A stretch of 64,000 bases of DNA from Bacteroidota bacterium (GTDB lineage Bacteria > Bacteroidota > Bacteroidia > Flavobacteriales > Flavobacteriaceae), in NCBI GenBank assembly GCA_039798665.1, contig JBDKFO010000002.1, positions 3,990 through 67,989 of the forward strand. Reading direction: 5' to 3'. The notes beneath the pieces are model-generated. The model was given only the letters and a program-made list of their open reading frames with translations. It was not told the origin of the DNA and made no database searches. Below are positions 31,669-41,444 of the stretch, piece after piece. Made by a program: the position numbers and the translations under genes. Numbering within the stretch: the stretch's first letter is position 1; each line of letters opens with the position of its first letter.

Positions 31669-32505
31669 ATGAAAAATATATACAATGTTCTGCTATTAAT
31701 TCTCTTTATAGGAAGTAGTTCGCAGGCGCAAGATTTGGCTGTCATGACTTATAACATTCGCTTGGATGTAGCTTCTGATGCCGACAACGATTGGAACCAC
31801 CGCAACCATTTTTTAACCGATCAATTGGCCTATTACGCACCCGATATTTTTGGGATTCAAGAAGCCCTTCCGCATCAGGTGGTAGACATCCAATTGGCTT
31901 TGTCAGCGTACAAACACATTGGCATTGGCAGAGAAGGCGAAAACCAAGGCGAGGCTTCGTCTATTTTTTATCAGTCCAAGCAGTATGCGGTGCAAAATGA
32001 AACTACCTTTTGGCTGTCGCCAACGCCCGATGTTATGTCCAAAGGCTGGGACGCTGCCTGCTTGCGCGTGTGTACGTTTGGGTTGTTTACGCAACTAAAA
32101 ACGGGAAAGCAATTTTGGGTATTTAATACACACCTGGATCATATGGGTGAGGAGGCCAGAACCAAAGGTCTGGAACTGATTTTAGCTAAAATCAAAGCCG
32201 TAAACACTCAGAATTATCCAGTAATCTTTATGGGTGATTTTAATTCGACACCCAACCATTTGCGCATTCAAAACTTAAAAAACAGCTTGAATGACACCAG
32301 AGATTATTCTGAAACAAAGCCATTTGGTCCTTCGGGCACCTTTAATGGATTTGCCCACAACAAGCCCGTTACTGATTTAATTGATTATGTTTTTGTGTCG
32401 AAATCGGGAATTGACGTAAAAAAATACGCCGTATTGAGTGACGCCATCAACATGCATTATCCTTCTGATCACTTGCCGGTTTTTGTGCATTTGGAACTAA
32501 AATAA
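31669..32505 (+). CDS. Endonuclease/exonuclease/phosphatase (EEP) family secreted protein
   Basis: Signal peptide; MTYNIR, GIQE, NTHLDH, GDFN, IDYVF, SDH. Confidence 0.9.
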   Translation: MKNIYNVLLLILFIGSSSQAQDLAVMTYNIRLDVASDADNDWNHRNHFLTDQLAYYAPDIFGIQEALPHQVVDIQLALSAYKHIGIGREGENQGEASSIFYQSKQYAVQNETTFWLSPTPDVMSKGWDAACLRVCTFGLFTQLKTGKQFWVFNTHLDHMGEEARTKGLELILAKIKAVNTQNYPVIFMGDFNSTPNHLRIQNLKNSLNDTRDYSETKPFGPSGTFNGFAHNKPVTDLIDYVFVSKSGIDVKKYAVLSDAINMHYPSDHLPVFVHLELK

Positions 32506-32518
32506 TACGCTTAGCACT

Positions 32519-35383
32519 ATGAAAAAAAGTTTGTACGCATTCGCACTTTTGGCGTTTGCTTTTTCGGGCATTGCACAATCGCTTAGCCAATATGTAAATC
32601 CCTTTATCGGAACAGGCGGACACGGCCACACCTTTCCCGGCGCAACGACGCCTTTTGGCATGGTACAATTGTCGCCCGACACCCGCATTGATGGCAGCTG
32701 GGACGGTTGTTCGGGCTACCATTATTCGGATTCGGTGATCTACGGATTTTCGCACACCCACCTCAATGGCACGGGCTGTACTGATTTTGGCGATATCATG
32801 CTCATGCCTACCATGGGCGAGCCTTCGTTGGATAATGAAGTGTATGCATCCAATTTTTCACACGCCAATGAACAAGCGTCGGCGGGCTATTATGCCGTGA
32901 AACTTGACAAGCACAACATCGACGTGAGATTAACTTCTTCCACTCGAGTTGGGTTTCATGAATATACCTTCAACCAAGACGGTCAAGCCAATATTATTCT
33001 CGATTTGAATCACCGCGATAAACTGCTGCAAGGCGTAATTCGGATTCTCGATGACAAAACCATCGAAGTGCTGCGTAGAAGTGAAGCTTGGGCCAAAGAC
33101 CAATATGTATATGCCCGAATCGAATTTAATCAACCCATGCTCATTTCCAAGTACACCGACGATTCCCGCTCTAATCAAAACGAATACTACGGCTCGAAAG
33201 TAGCCATGAGTTTCTCCAAACAAGTGCATAAAGGCGAAAAAATTCTGGTCAAAGTATCACTTTCCCCAACTGGATTTGAAGGCGCAAAGATCAACAGTTC
33301 CGAAATAAACGGTTGGGATTTCAATACAGTTAAACAAGCTGCTGCGCAGTTGTGGGATAAGGAATTGGCAAAAATTGTTGTCAATACTGATGACAAAGAC
33401 AAATCCACCATTTTCTACACGGCCTTATACCACACAATGATGCAACCCAATATTGCCCAAGATCTCGACGGCAGTTACCGCGGCAGGGACAACAACCTTC
33501 ACCGTGCCGAGGGCTTTACCTACTATTCGGTATTTTCGCTGTGGGATACCTTTCGAGCCGCTCATCCTTTATATACTTTGATTGACAAAAAACGTACCGC
33601 CGACTTCATCAACACCTTTTTGGCCCAATACGAACAAGGCGGCCGCTTGCCTGTTTGGGAATTGGCCTCGAATGAAACCGATTGTATGATTGGCTACCAT
33701 TCGGTTTCAGTCATTGCCGATGCCATGACCAAAGGCATCACGGGCTTTGATTACGAAAAAGCATTTTCCGCGGCCAAACACAGTGCCATGTTGGATCATT
33801 TGGGATTGGACGCCTACAAAAAACAAGGGTTCATTTCGATGGATGACGAGCATGAAAGCGTATCCAAAACCTTAGAATATGCTTACGATGATTGGTGTAT
33901 CGCCCAAATGGCCAAGCTGCTCAACCATCCAGCAGATTATACTTATTTTATGAAACGGTCTCAAAGCTGGAAAAACGTGTTTGACAATACATTGGGTTTC
34001 ATGCGCCCCAAAAAAAACGGAGGCTGGGATAAGCCATTTGAGCCCCGCGAAATCAACAACAATTTTACCGAAGGCAACAGCTGGCAGTATTCGTTTTTTG
34101 TGCCCCAAGATATTGACGGCATGATACAAGCTTACGGTGGCCGTGCTAAATTTGAGGCCAAATTGGATGAACTATTCAACAGCGAATCTAAAACTACCGG
34201 CAGAGATCAGGCCGATGTTACCGGATTAATAGGGCAATACGCCCACGGAAACGAGCCCAGTCACCACATGGCTTATTTGTATAATTATGTAGGCAAACCC
34301 GAAAAAACGGCACAGAAAGTGACGTACATTTTGGATAACTTTTATAAAAATGCTCCCGACGGGTTAATCGGAAATGAAGATTGTGGACAAATGAGCGCCT
34401 GGTATGTGTTGAGCGCGATGGGGATTTATGCGGTTACGCCGGGCGAAGATAAATGGGAAAGTATAGCCCCACAGTTTACCAACATTACAATCAAAGATGA
34501 GACCAATCAAACGCTGGTAGATTATAAAAAACAACTGGTCAACGGAAAATCAAACAGCATTTTTTTGGCAGGGAAAAAATTAAAAGAACAATTGATTCAA
34601 AGCAGTAGTTCGGCCCAGTCTCAACGGGTTGCTGTTGATGAAATGCCAAAAGCAGCATCCCTATTGCCAGTCCCCGTAATTCAAGCGGCATGCAAATCAT
34701 TTAAAGATAATTTGAAGATCGAATTAGTAGCACAAAACCCAACAGATGAAATCTATTATTCCATAACCACAAAAGATGAACCAAAAATTGTAGGCGTGTC
34801 ATTCCTGTATACCCAACCGCTTACCATTTCAAAAACGTCGACGATTAAAGCATTTTCCAAAAACAAAGCCAATCAAAGCGCTACGGTAGAAGCTCATTTC
34901 TTTAAAAAGCCAAATAACTACAGCATAAACATCAAATCGAAATATAATCCACAATACCATGCCGGCGGACCAGAAGGCCTTATAGACGGAATATTGGGTT
35001 CCGAAAATTGGCGAAAAGGCGACTGGCAAGGTTACCAATCACAAGATTTTGAAGCGACGATAGATTTGCAGCAACCAAAAACAATCACCCAAATCAGTGC
35101 ACGCTTTTTACAAGACATGCGCTCTTGGATTTTGATGCCTACCAAGGTTGATTATTTGATTTCGGATGACAACGAGCATTTTACTTTATTTAGAACGGTA
35201 GAAAATTCACTCGATCCCCAAACCGAAGCCACCACGATTTTGAGTTTCACCGGCACACAGTTTCCGGGAATGCAAGCCCGTTATGTAAAAGTGGTGGCAC
35301 ACAATTTTGGGGTATTACCCAGTTGGCACCAAGGGGCAGGTGGGGATGCCTTTATTTTTATGGATGAAATTCAAATTGATTAA
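32519..35383 (+). CDS. GH92 alpha-mannosidase with C-terminal chitobiase/FN3-like and F5/8-type domains
   Basis: VNPFIGT...PGATTPFGMVQLSPD, FSLWDTFRA, GNETDCMIG-like ASNETDCMIGYH, EGNSWQY, HGNEPSHH, GNEDCGQMSAWY. Confidence 0.93.
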   Translation: MKKSLYAFALLAFAFSGIAQSLSQYVNPFIGTGGHGHTFPGATTPFGMVQLSPDTRIDGSWDGCSGYHYSDSVIYGFSHTHLNGTGCTDFGDIMLMPTMGEPSLDNEVYASNFSHANEQASAGYYAVKLDKHNIDVRLTSSTRVGFHEYTFNQDGQANIILDLNHRDKLLQGVIRILDDKTIEVLRRSEAWAKDQYVYARIEFNQPMLISKYTDDSRSNQNEYYGSKVAMSFSKQVHKGEKILVKVSLSPTGFEGAKINSSEINGWDFNTVKQAAAQLWDKELAKIVVNTDDKDKSTIFYTALYHTMMQPNIAQDLDGSYRGRDNNLHRAEGFTYYSVFSLWDTFRAAHPLYTLIDKKRTADFINTFLAQYEQGGRLPVWELASNETDCMIGYHSVSVIADAMTKGITGFDYEKAFSAAKHSAMLDHLGLDAYKKQGFISMDDEHESVSKTLEYAYDDWCIAQMAKLLNHPADYTYFMKRSQSWKNVFDNTLGFMRPKKNGGWDKPFEPREINNNFTEGNSWQYSFFVPQDIDGMIQAYGGRAKFEAKLDELFNSESKTTGRDQADVTGLIGQYAHGNEPSHHMAYLYNYVGKPEKTAQKVTYILDNFYKNAPDGLIGNEDCGQMSAWYVLSAMGIYAVTPGEDKWESIAPQFTNITIKDETNQTLVDYKKQLVNGKSNSIFLAGKKLKEQLIQSSSSAQSQRVAVDEMPKAASLLPVPVIQAACKSFKDNLKIELVAQNPTDEIYYSITTKDEPKIVGVSFLYTQPLTISKTSTIKAFSKNKANQSATVEAHFFKKPNNYSINIKSKYNPQYHAGGPEGLIDGILGSENWRKGDWQGYQSQDFEATIDLQQPKTITQISARFLQDMRSWILMPTKVDYLISDDNEHFTLFRTVENSLDPQTEATTILSFTGTQFPGMQARYVKVVAHNFGVLPSWHQGAGGDAFIFMDEIQID

Positions 35384-35389
35384 GCCGCC

Positions 35390-36172
35390 ATGCAACTTGA
35401 AACATTAAAAATCGCTTGGATTCAAACCGATTTGGAGTGGGAAAATCCATCTCTAAATCGGCAACGACTTACTGAAAAAATCACTGAAATTTCCTCGGCT
35501 GTTAATCTGATTGTGTTGCCCGAACTATTTACTACGGGCTTTACCATGAACGCCCAAGTGGTAGCTGAAACCATGCAAGGCGATACAATAGCCTGGATTC
35601 AACAGGTGGCGAAAGCAAAAAACTGCGCCATTACCGGCAGTTTGGTGATTGAAGAAAAAGGAAATTTTTACAACCGATTGGTTTTTGTTTTTCCGAATGG
35701 CGATGTAAAAACCTACGACAAACGCCACTTGTTTACTTTGGCTGGAGAAGATAAAGTGTATACTCCCGGAAGGGATAAATTAATCATTGATTATAAAGGA
35801 TTTAAGATTTGTCCGCTCATTTGTTATGATTTGCGTTTTCCGGTATTTTCACGCAATACAGAAAAATACGATTTATTGCTCTTTGTGGCCAATTGGCCCT
35901 CGCCCAGAATTGCAGCCTGGGATGCCTTGCTCAAAGCTCGCGCCATTGAAAATTGTTGTTATGTAGTGAGTGTAAACCGCTTGGGTATTGACGCCAATGC
36001 GTTGGACTATCCGGGTCATTCGCAGGCCATTGATTTTGCAGGAAACTTGCTGCACGATTCAGCCTCAAAATCAGAAGTGGCCAGGGTAGAAATAGGTAAA
36101 AAAGAATTGCTTGATTTTAGAACGCGCTTTGCGTTTTTAGATGACCAAGATTGCTTTACGGTTGAAGATTAA
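35390..36172 (+). CDS. Carbon-nitrogen hydrolase (YafV/Nit2-like omega-amidase)
   Basis: Catalytic triad LPELF / YDKRHLF / ICYDLRFP. Confidence 0.92.
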   Translation: MQLETLKIAWIQTDLEWENPSLNRQRLTEKITEISSAVNLIVLPELFTTGFTMNAQVVAETMQGDTIAWIQQVAKAKNCAITGSLVIEEKGNFYNRLVFVFPNGDVKTYDKRHLFTLAGEDKVYTPGRDKLIIDYKGFKICPLICYDLRFPVFSRNTEKYDLLLFVANWPSPRIAAWDALLKARAIENCCYVVSVNRLGIDANALDYPGHSQAIDFAGNLLHDSASKSEVARVEIGKKELLDFRTRFAFLDDQDCFTVED

Positions 36173-37784
36173 CCGTTTGTTCCACATCCCAGTTGGCGCG
36201 CACATCAATTTCTTTCGGAAAATAAAACACCTCTTCGGATTGTCTTTTGGCCAAAAAATTCCCGGCATCCCACACCTTGTTCTGGTTGTCGTCATAGACT
36301 ACGCGCAGGGTATATTTTTCGGGTTTTATTAAGCTAAACGAAAGTGGTTGAAGGTTGGTAACTACGGCCTGCTCAATCACCTCGCCCGATTTGTCGGTGA
36401 GTTCAACCAATAAAGGAAAGCGTTTTGCATTGGTAAAATTTAATTGAAGGTTGGCGTATTCGGCCGTGTTTTTGGTTTCAATTTTATAGGACAAGGTGTC
36501 GTTGGTTTGCTCCATAAAATCGGTCAAGGCACCGGGCAAGAATTGAATGGTGTATTTTTCGAGCGGTTCTTTGGAAAAGGCCAAGGTTATTTTTTGGTTC
36601 CAAGTATCGTTAGCTACGGCAAATGCAACTTGTGTGGAATCTTTTCGTTTGATGCTCATTTTGGATGCATCCCATTTTACAATAGGCGTAGATGTCTCTA
36701 GTTCAAACTCGTTTTTCAAGGGTAAAACACCACTAAACACTGGCTTTATACTCAACGAATCGACTTTTAGTCCTTTGAGTTTTACGACAAAGTTTTGCAG
36801 GTCTTTTCCATTGGTTACTGCTACGGCTACCGAATCAATTTTGGCTTTTTCTTCTTTGGTTTTGGTAGGCCATTTAATGGGTTTATGCCAAACTTGAATA
36901 GAATCTTTTTTAGGGAATTTGGTAAGGAGTACCGGGTAATTTTCGCCCGCTTTTGCCATACTTACTTTTATATTACTTGGTTCGCCTTCGTAGCCCAATA
37001 ACAGTCGATTGGCCGAAGCTTGTGATGCTTTTACGGTTTTATTGGCAGGAACTTCTTTAAATAATTTCAGGTTAAACACACTGTCAGTTGGTACCGTAAT
37101 GAATTGCTGATGAAATCCAATTTTATCTTCTTTGGGATTGAAACGGTAATTGCTGTTTTCGTCTTTCAGGGCAACCAACAGGTATTTTCCAGCTTTGAGG
37201 TGTCCCAATTCAAAAGTGGTGGCGCTGTCAAGCGTGTTGGTCACGTAGCGTGGGTTTTCCTTGTAAATAATAGAATCGGTATATTTTTCATTGGCTTCGT
37301 AAAGCATCACCGACACAAAATGATCGGTTTTTTTGTCGTGCGCATCGGCGATTGTGCCTTTGATCGACAGGGAATCAATATAACTTCCGGTGGAGCATAA
37401 AAACTGAAATTGGCGCAACGGATTGCCCTCGTTGTTGTCTTGAATGCTTTCGCCAAAATTAAAACTATAGGTCGTATTGGGCGCTAAGGTGTCTTTTATT
37501 TTTAATGTAATGGTTTTACTGGCTGTAGATGGCGTAATTTCAGGTTGGTATTTGAGCGGTGGAGATATGATGAGTTGTTTGTTGACGTTTTTCAATTTCA
37601 CATATTCGTCAAAGGTAAATTGTACCGTTTTGGCGTTAAAATTGGTCGTGTAATTTTTGGGGATACAAATTTTAAGCACCGGAGCCAAGGTGTCTTTCAA
37701 ACCGCCAGAAATTGATCCTCGCTTGGCGCAGCTGCTAAGCAAAATGACTACTAAGAGCAAGACCATACGGATTTTTGAACTCAT
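36156..37784 (-). CDS. Ig-like (Big_5) domain lipoprotein
   Basis: Lipobox LSSC-AKRG, GGLKDTLAP, FTFDEYV, TTYSFNFG..I.DNNEGN; conserved Bacteroidota architecture. Confidence 0.8.
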   Translation of the reverse strand: MSSKIRMVLLLVVILLSSCAKRGSISGGLKDTLAPVLKICIPKNYTTNFNAKTVQFTFDEYVKLKNVNKQLIISPPLKYQPEITPSTASKTITLKIKDTLAPNTTYSFNFGESIQDNNEGNPLRQFQFLCSTGSYIDSLSIKGTIADAHDKKTDHFVSVMLYEANEKYTDSIIYKENPRYVTNTLDSATTFELGHLKAGKYLLVALKDENSNYRFNPKEDKIGFHQQFITVPTDSVFNLKLFKEVPANKTVKASQASANRLLLGYEGEPSNIKVSMAKAGENYPVLLTKFPKKDSIQVWHKPIKWPTKTKEEKAKIDSVAVAVTNGKDLQNFVVKLKGLKVDSLSIKPVFSGVLPLKNEFELETSTPIVKWDASKMSIKRKDSTQVAFAVANDTWNQKITLAFSKEPLEKYTIQFLPGALTDFMEQTNDTLSYKIETKNTAEYANLQLNFTNAKRFPLLVELTDKSGEVIEQAVVTNLQPLSFSLIKPEKYTLRVVYDDNQNKVWDAGNFLAKRQSEEVFYFPKEIDVRANWDVEQTVNLQP

Positions 37785-37862
37785 ATACTCGGGATTAATT
37801 CGCCCCGCAAAATAACGATTTTATATGCTGTAACGGAAACATTTTACCCAAATCTTCCACAA

Positions 37863-38546
37863 TTAGGCCGAGAAAGCCATACATACCACCGACACCTTCG
37901 CGCCGGGAATTTTCAGCAAAGCGCGGGCACAGGCTTCAAGCGTAGATCCGGTAGTGAGCACGTCATCCACCAACAAAAAATGAAGGTTTTCATGTTCCTT
38001 TTGAGGCAGGGCTTCAAAGCGGGTTTCATTAACAAGCGCCGTGCGCAACAACAGGGATTTTTTAGTTTGCGTTTTTGAATATGAATTTCTGTGCAACAAT
38101 TGATCTTCATAGGGTATGGCAAAAACACTTGCCAATGCCTTTCCAAATTCGGCCACTTGGTTGTAGCCCCGTTCACGCAATCGTTTGGCGTGTAAGGGCA
38201 CCGGAATTACGACATCAAATAGGTGTAATTGCGCAATTGACAAAAGCTCATGAGCATACCAAAAGCCCAAGCATTGGCCAATTAGTGGTTGTTTTTTATA
38301 TTTTAAATTTTGAATCAGTTCTTGCACAATTCCATTTTTGTGGTAATACAGAAAGGCTGATGCAAATTCAATAGGAACCTTGCCGTAAAACTTTTGCAAT
38401 GCTTCGTTGTTGGCAATTTGATGGTGTTGGGTTTGTGGAATTTGGTGCCGGCATTGTACACAAATAAGGACTTCTTGCGGCAAAAGAAGGCGGTGACAGC
38501 CCGCACAAATTTTAGGAAAAAACAGGTTTACAATCGATTCAAACAT
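37863..38546 (-). CDS. comF: ComF-family protein (double Zn ribbon + phosphoribosyltransferase)
   Basis: FFPKICAGC...ICVQC, VPLH...RGYNQ, LLVDDVLTTGSTL. Start ATG 38546. Confidence 0.9.
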   Translation of the reverse strand: MFESIVNLFFPKICAGCHRLLLPQEVLICVQCRHQIPQTQHHQIANNEALQKFYGKVPIEFASAFLYYHKNGIVQELIQNLKYKKQPLIGQCLGFWYAHELLSIAQLHLFDVVIPVPLHAKRLRERGYNQVAEFGKALASVFAIPYEDQLLHRNSYSKTQTKKSLLLRTALVNETRFEALPQKEHENLHFLLVDDVLTTGSTLEACARALLKIPGAKVSVVCMAFSA

Positions 38547-38627
38547 AAGGCGTATAATTAGAGCTTTAAAAGTATAAAAAACCCGAATTAGTTGTGTTTT
38601 TATTTTAATCCATCTCAATCCTTTTTA

Positions 38628-38635
38628 TATTTTTG
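38628..38635 (+). promoter_or_regulatory. -7 element (TATTTTTG) only 4 nt before the glyQS ATG
   Basis: TATTTTTG-cagc-ATG. Confidence 0.6.
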
Positions 38636-38639
38636 CAGC

Positions 38640-40184
38640 ATGGCAAAACAAGAAGATTTATTTAAAAATGTCGTTTCGCACGCAAAAGAATACGGATTTA
38701 TTTTTCCGTCGAGCGAAATTTATGACGGACTAAGTGCAGTATATGATTACGCACAAAATGGAGTGGAGTTAAAGAAAAACATCCGCGAATACTGGTGGAA
38801 ATCAATGGTGCAAATGCACGAAAACATTGTGGGGCTTGATGCCGCCATTTTGATGCATCCCACCACTTGGAAAGCTTCGGGCCACGTAGACGCCTTTAAT
38901 GATCCGTTGATTGACAACAAAGATTCCAAAAAAAGATACCGCGCCGACGTCTTGATTGAAGACTACGCCGAAAAATTAAACCTCAAAGCCAAAAAAGAAA
39001 TCGAAAAAGCCCGCGAGCGTTTTGGTGAAAGCTTTGACGAAGAACAATACAAAACCACCAATCCCCGCGTGATGGAATACCTTTCTAAGGAAAGAGAGAT
39101 TCTTGAGCGCATGGGTCGTTCTTTAGGAAACGGTGATTTAGAAGATGTAAAAGCGCTCATTGAAGAACTCGAAATTGCCGATCCCGAAACCGGTTCGCGC
39201 AACTGGACCGAGGTGCGTCAGTTTAACTTGATGTTTGGCACCAAACTGGGAGCTTCTGCCGATAGCGCGATGGACTTATACTTGCGACCAGAAACAGCTC
39301 AGGGAATTTTTGTCAACTTTTTGAATGTACAAAAATCGGGTCGCATGAAGATTCCGTTTGGAATTGCACAAACTGGAAAGGCCTTTAGAAATGAAATCGT
39401 AGCACGTCAGTTTATTTTTAGAATGCGCGAATTTGAGCAAATGGAAATGCAATTTTTTGTGCGTCCAGGCGAAGAAATGAAGTGGTATGAATACTGGAAA
39501 ACCACTCGTTTAAATTGGCACTTGTCTTTGGGCTTGGGAAAAGAAAATTACCGTTTTCATGACCACGAAAAATTAGCGCATTACGCCAATGCCGCTGCCG
39601 ATATTGAATTCAATTTCCCTTTTGGGTTCAAAGAATTAGAAGGCATTCACTCTCGCACCGATTTTGACTTGAAAGCACATGAGGAGTTTTCAGGTAGAAA
39701 GATGCAGTATTTTGACGCCGAGCTCAATCAAAATTACACGCCTTATGTAGTCGAAACCTCTGTTGGATTAGACCGTATGTTCTTGGCCGTTTTTGCCACT
39801 GCCTTAAAAGAAGAAGTTTTAGAAGATGGTTCAACGCGCACCGTATTGCAGTTGCCTTCGGTGTTGGCTCCTACCAAAGCAGCCGTGTTGCCCTTGGTCA
39901 AAAAAGATGGCTTACCCGAATTGGCTCACGAAATCATCGACGAACTCAAATGGGATTTCCATGTAACCTATGACGAAAAAGATGCAGTAGGTCGTCGTTA
40001 CCGACGTCAAGATGCGTTAGGCACGCCATTTTGTATTACAGTTGATCATCAATCCTTAGAAGACAAAACCGTAACCATTCGTCACCGAGACAGCATGAAG
40101 CAAGACCGCGTCGCGATTACCGAATTGAAAGCCATCATAGAAAATGAGGTTTCCATGAAAAATTGGTTGCTAAAAACGAAATAA
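38640..40184 (+). CDS. glyQS: Glycine--tRNA ligase (homodimeric alpha2 type)
   Basis: SEIYDG, LRPETAQGIF, GKAFRNEI, FRMREFEQME, GRRYRRQD. Start ATG 38640. Confidence 0.96.
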   Translation: MAKQEDLFKNVVSHAKEYGFIFPSSEIYDGLSAVYDYAQNGVELKKNIREYWWKSMVQMHENIVGLDAAILMHPTTWKASGHVDAFNDPLIDNKDSKKRYRADVLIEDYAEKLNLKAKKEIEKARERFGESFDEEQYKTTNPRVMEYLSKEREILERMGRSLGNGDLEDVKALIEELEIADPETGSRNWTEVRQFNLMFGTKLGASADSAMDLYLRPETAQGIFVNFLNVQKSGRMKIPFGIAQTGKAFRNEIVARQFIFRMREFEQMEMQFFVRPGEEMKWYEYWKTTRLNWHLSLGLGKENYRFHDHEKLAHYANAAADIEFNFPFGFKELEGIHSRTDFDLKAHEEFSGRKMQYFDAELNQNYTPYVVETSVGLDRMFLAVFATALKEEVLEDGSTRTVLQLPSVLAPTKAAVLPLVKKDGLPELAHEIIDELKWDFHVTYDEKDAVGRRYRRQDALGTPFCITVDHQSLEDKTVTIRHRDSMKQDRVAITELKAIIENEVSMKNWLLKTK

Positions 40185-40203
40185 CGTTACCTATAAATTA
40201 TTC

Positions 40204-40235
40204 AATGGCTCGCTGAAAAGGGAGCCATTTTTTTT
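40204..40235 (+). terminator. glyQS terminator
   Basis: aatggctc...gagccatt followed by a T-run. Confidence 0.8.
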
Positions 40236-40377
40236 GCTATAAACACAGAAATTCCCCCTATAATTGTTAATAATTATTGAATTTCTTGTGCATAAGTCTA
40301 GCATTTTCCGTTGGCTAATGGTCTAATTTAGCCCTTGACTAGGTCTGTTTTGTTGATAAAGCCTAGCCTGCAAGCAA

Positions 40378-41271
40378 ATGAAGCATACTTTCATCATTGT
40401 GGACGACCAGCCCGAAAGTATTGAAAATGTGATGGCCATCGCCAGTCATTTTCAGCAGCTGGTTTGTTTGGCCTCGGCCACTACCTATGAAGATGGCTTG
40501 AATGCTATTTTAGAGCACAGCCCGCAGTTGGTGTTCTTGGAAATTTCCCCCGATGACAAAAAAAGCAATTTATCCTTGCAACTCATCAACGAATTGCACC
40601 GGTTTTTGCGCATTGTTCCCGAGATCATTGTCATTACCAAAAACAAAGACTTGGCTTTTGAAGCCATGAAATACGAGGTGTTGGATTATTTACTGAAACC
40701 ACTGGATGTAAATGAACTGCGCAAAACGATTTTAAAATACGAGAAGTTTGTGTTTGACAACCCGCGACTCTTCACCCAACCCAAAACATCCCGAACGGCG
40801 ATAGAGGTGGTAGAGCCCGAGATCATCTCGTCACCGCCTGCTGCAGAATCTCCGGATTCACAGAATTCGACCTCGGCCAAAATCATTGAAGCCATACCTG
40901 GGCTTTCATTGGCCCAAGAAAAACCCTTGATCATCTGTGTGAAATCCTATGGAGATTACCGTTTTATCGAAGCACGTGATATTTGTTATTTGCAGGCCGA
41001 CAACAATTCTACCGATATTCACTTGAATTCAGGCGAGATGATTACCGCCTTTAAAACGCTCAAACACTTTGAGAGCGTATTGACTAATCCTTTTGTGCGC
41101 ATTCACAACAGCTATATTGTAAATGTTGATTATGTGTCGCGCATCCACACCGGAAACTCGGTATGCTACATTAAAAATACCACTACCAAACTGCCATTTT
41201 CCAAGTCTTATAAGGAAAATATTGACGGAATTATTGCCGCAATTACCAATGGCAATTATTTAGAAATCTAA
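40378..41271 (+). CDS. LytTR-family response regulator with atypical receiver (phospho-Asp replaced by Glu)
   Basis: IIVDD...PQLVFLEI...DYLLKP receiver; low-complexity linker; LytTR domain (DICYLQADNNST...TLKHFE...FVRIHNSYIVN). Confidence 0.9.
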   Translation: MKHTFIIVDDQPESIENVMAIASHFQQLVCLASATTYEDGLNAILEHSPQLVFLEISPDDKKSNLSLQLINELHRFLRIVPEIIVITKNKDLAFEAMKYEVLDYLLKPLDVNELRKTILKYEKFVFDNPRLFTQPKTSRTAIEVVEPEIISSPPAAESPDSQNSTSAKIIEAIPGLSLAQEKPLIICVKSYGDYRFIEARDICYLQADNNSTDIHLNSGEMITAFKTLKHFESVLTNPFVRIHNSYIVNVDYVSRIHTGNSVCYIKNTTTKLPFSKSYKENIDGIIAAITNGNYLEI

Positions 41272-41309
41272 AAAATGCCATCCACTCGGATTTGGCTATC
41301 ATTCACTAT

Positions 41310-41339
41310 CAAACGGCTACTATCTACCACAAACGCCTA
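41310..41339 (+). promoter_or_regulatory. Direct-repeat pair upstream of the peptide gene, candidate LytTR site
   Basis: CAAACGGCTA (41310) and CAAACGCCTA (41330): 9/10 identity, 20-bp period. Confidence 0.4.
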
Positions 41340-41444
41340 AAAACAGTAGATTACAAGAGACATGCTATCTAGTTTTACACCGTGAATCACTGACGATTTA
41401 CATGAAACACGAAATAAAACACACATAAATAAACGTCTCAAATT

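Noticed and set aside
31669-35383. EEP + GH92 as a polysaccharide utilisation locus
   Set aside because: No SusC/SusD pair or dedicated regulator is adjacent; treated as ordinary stand-alone CAZyme genes.
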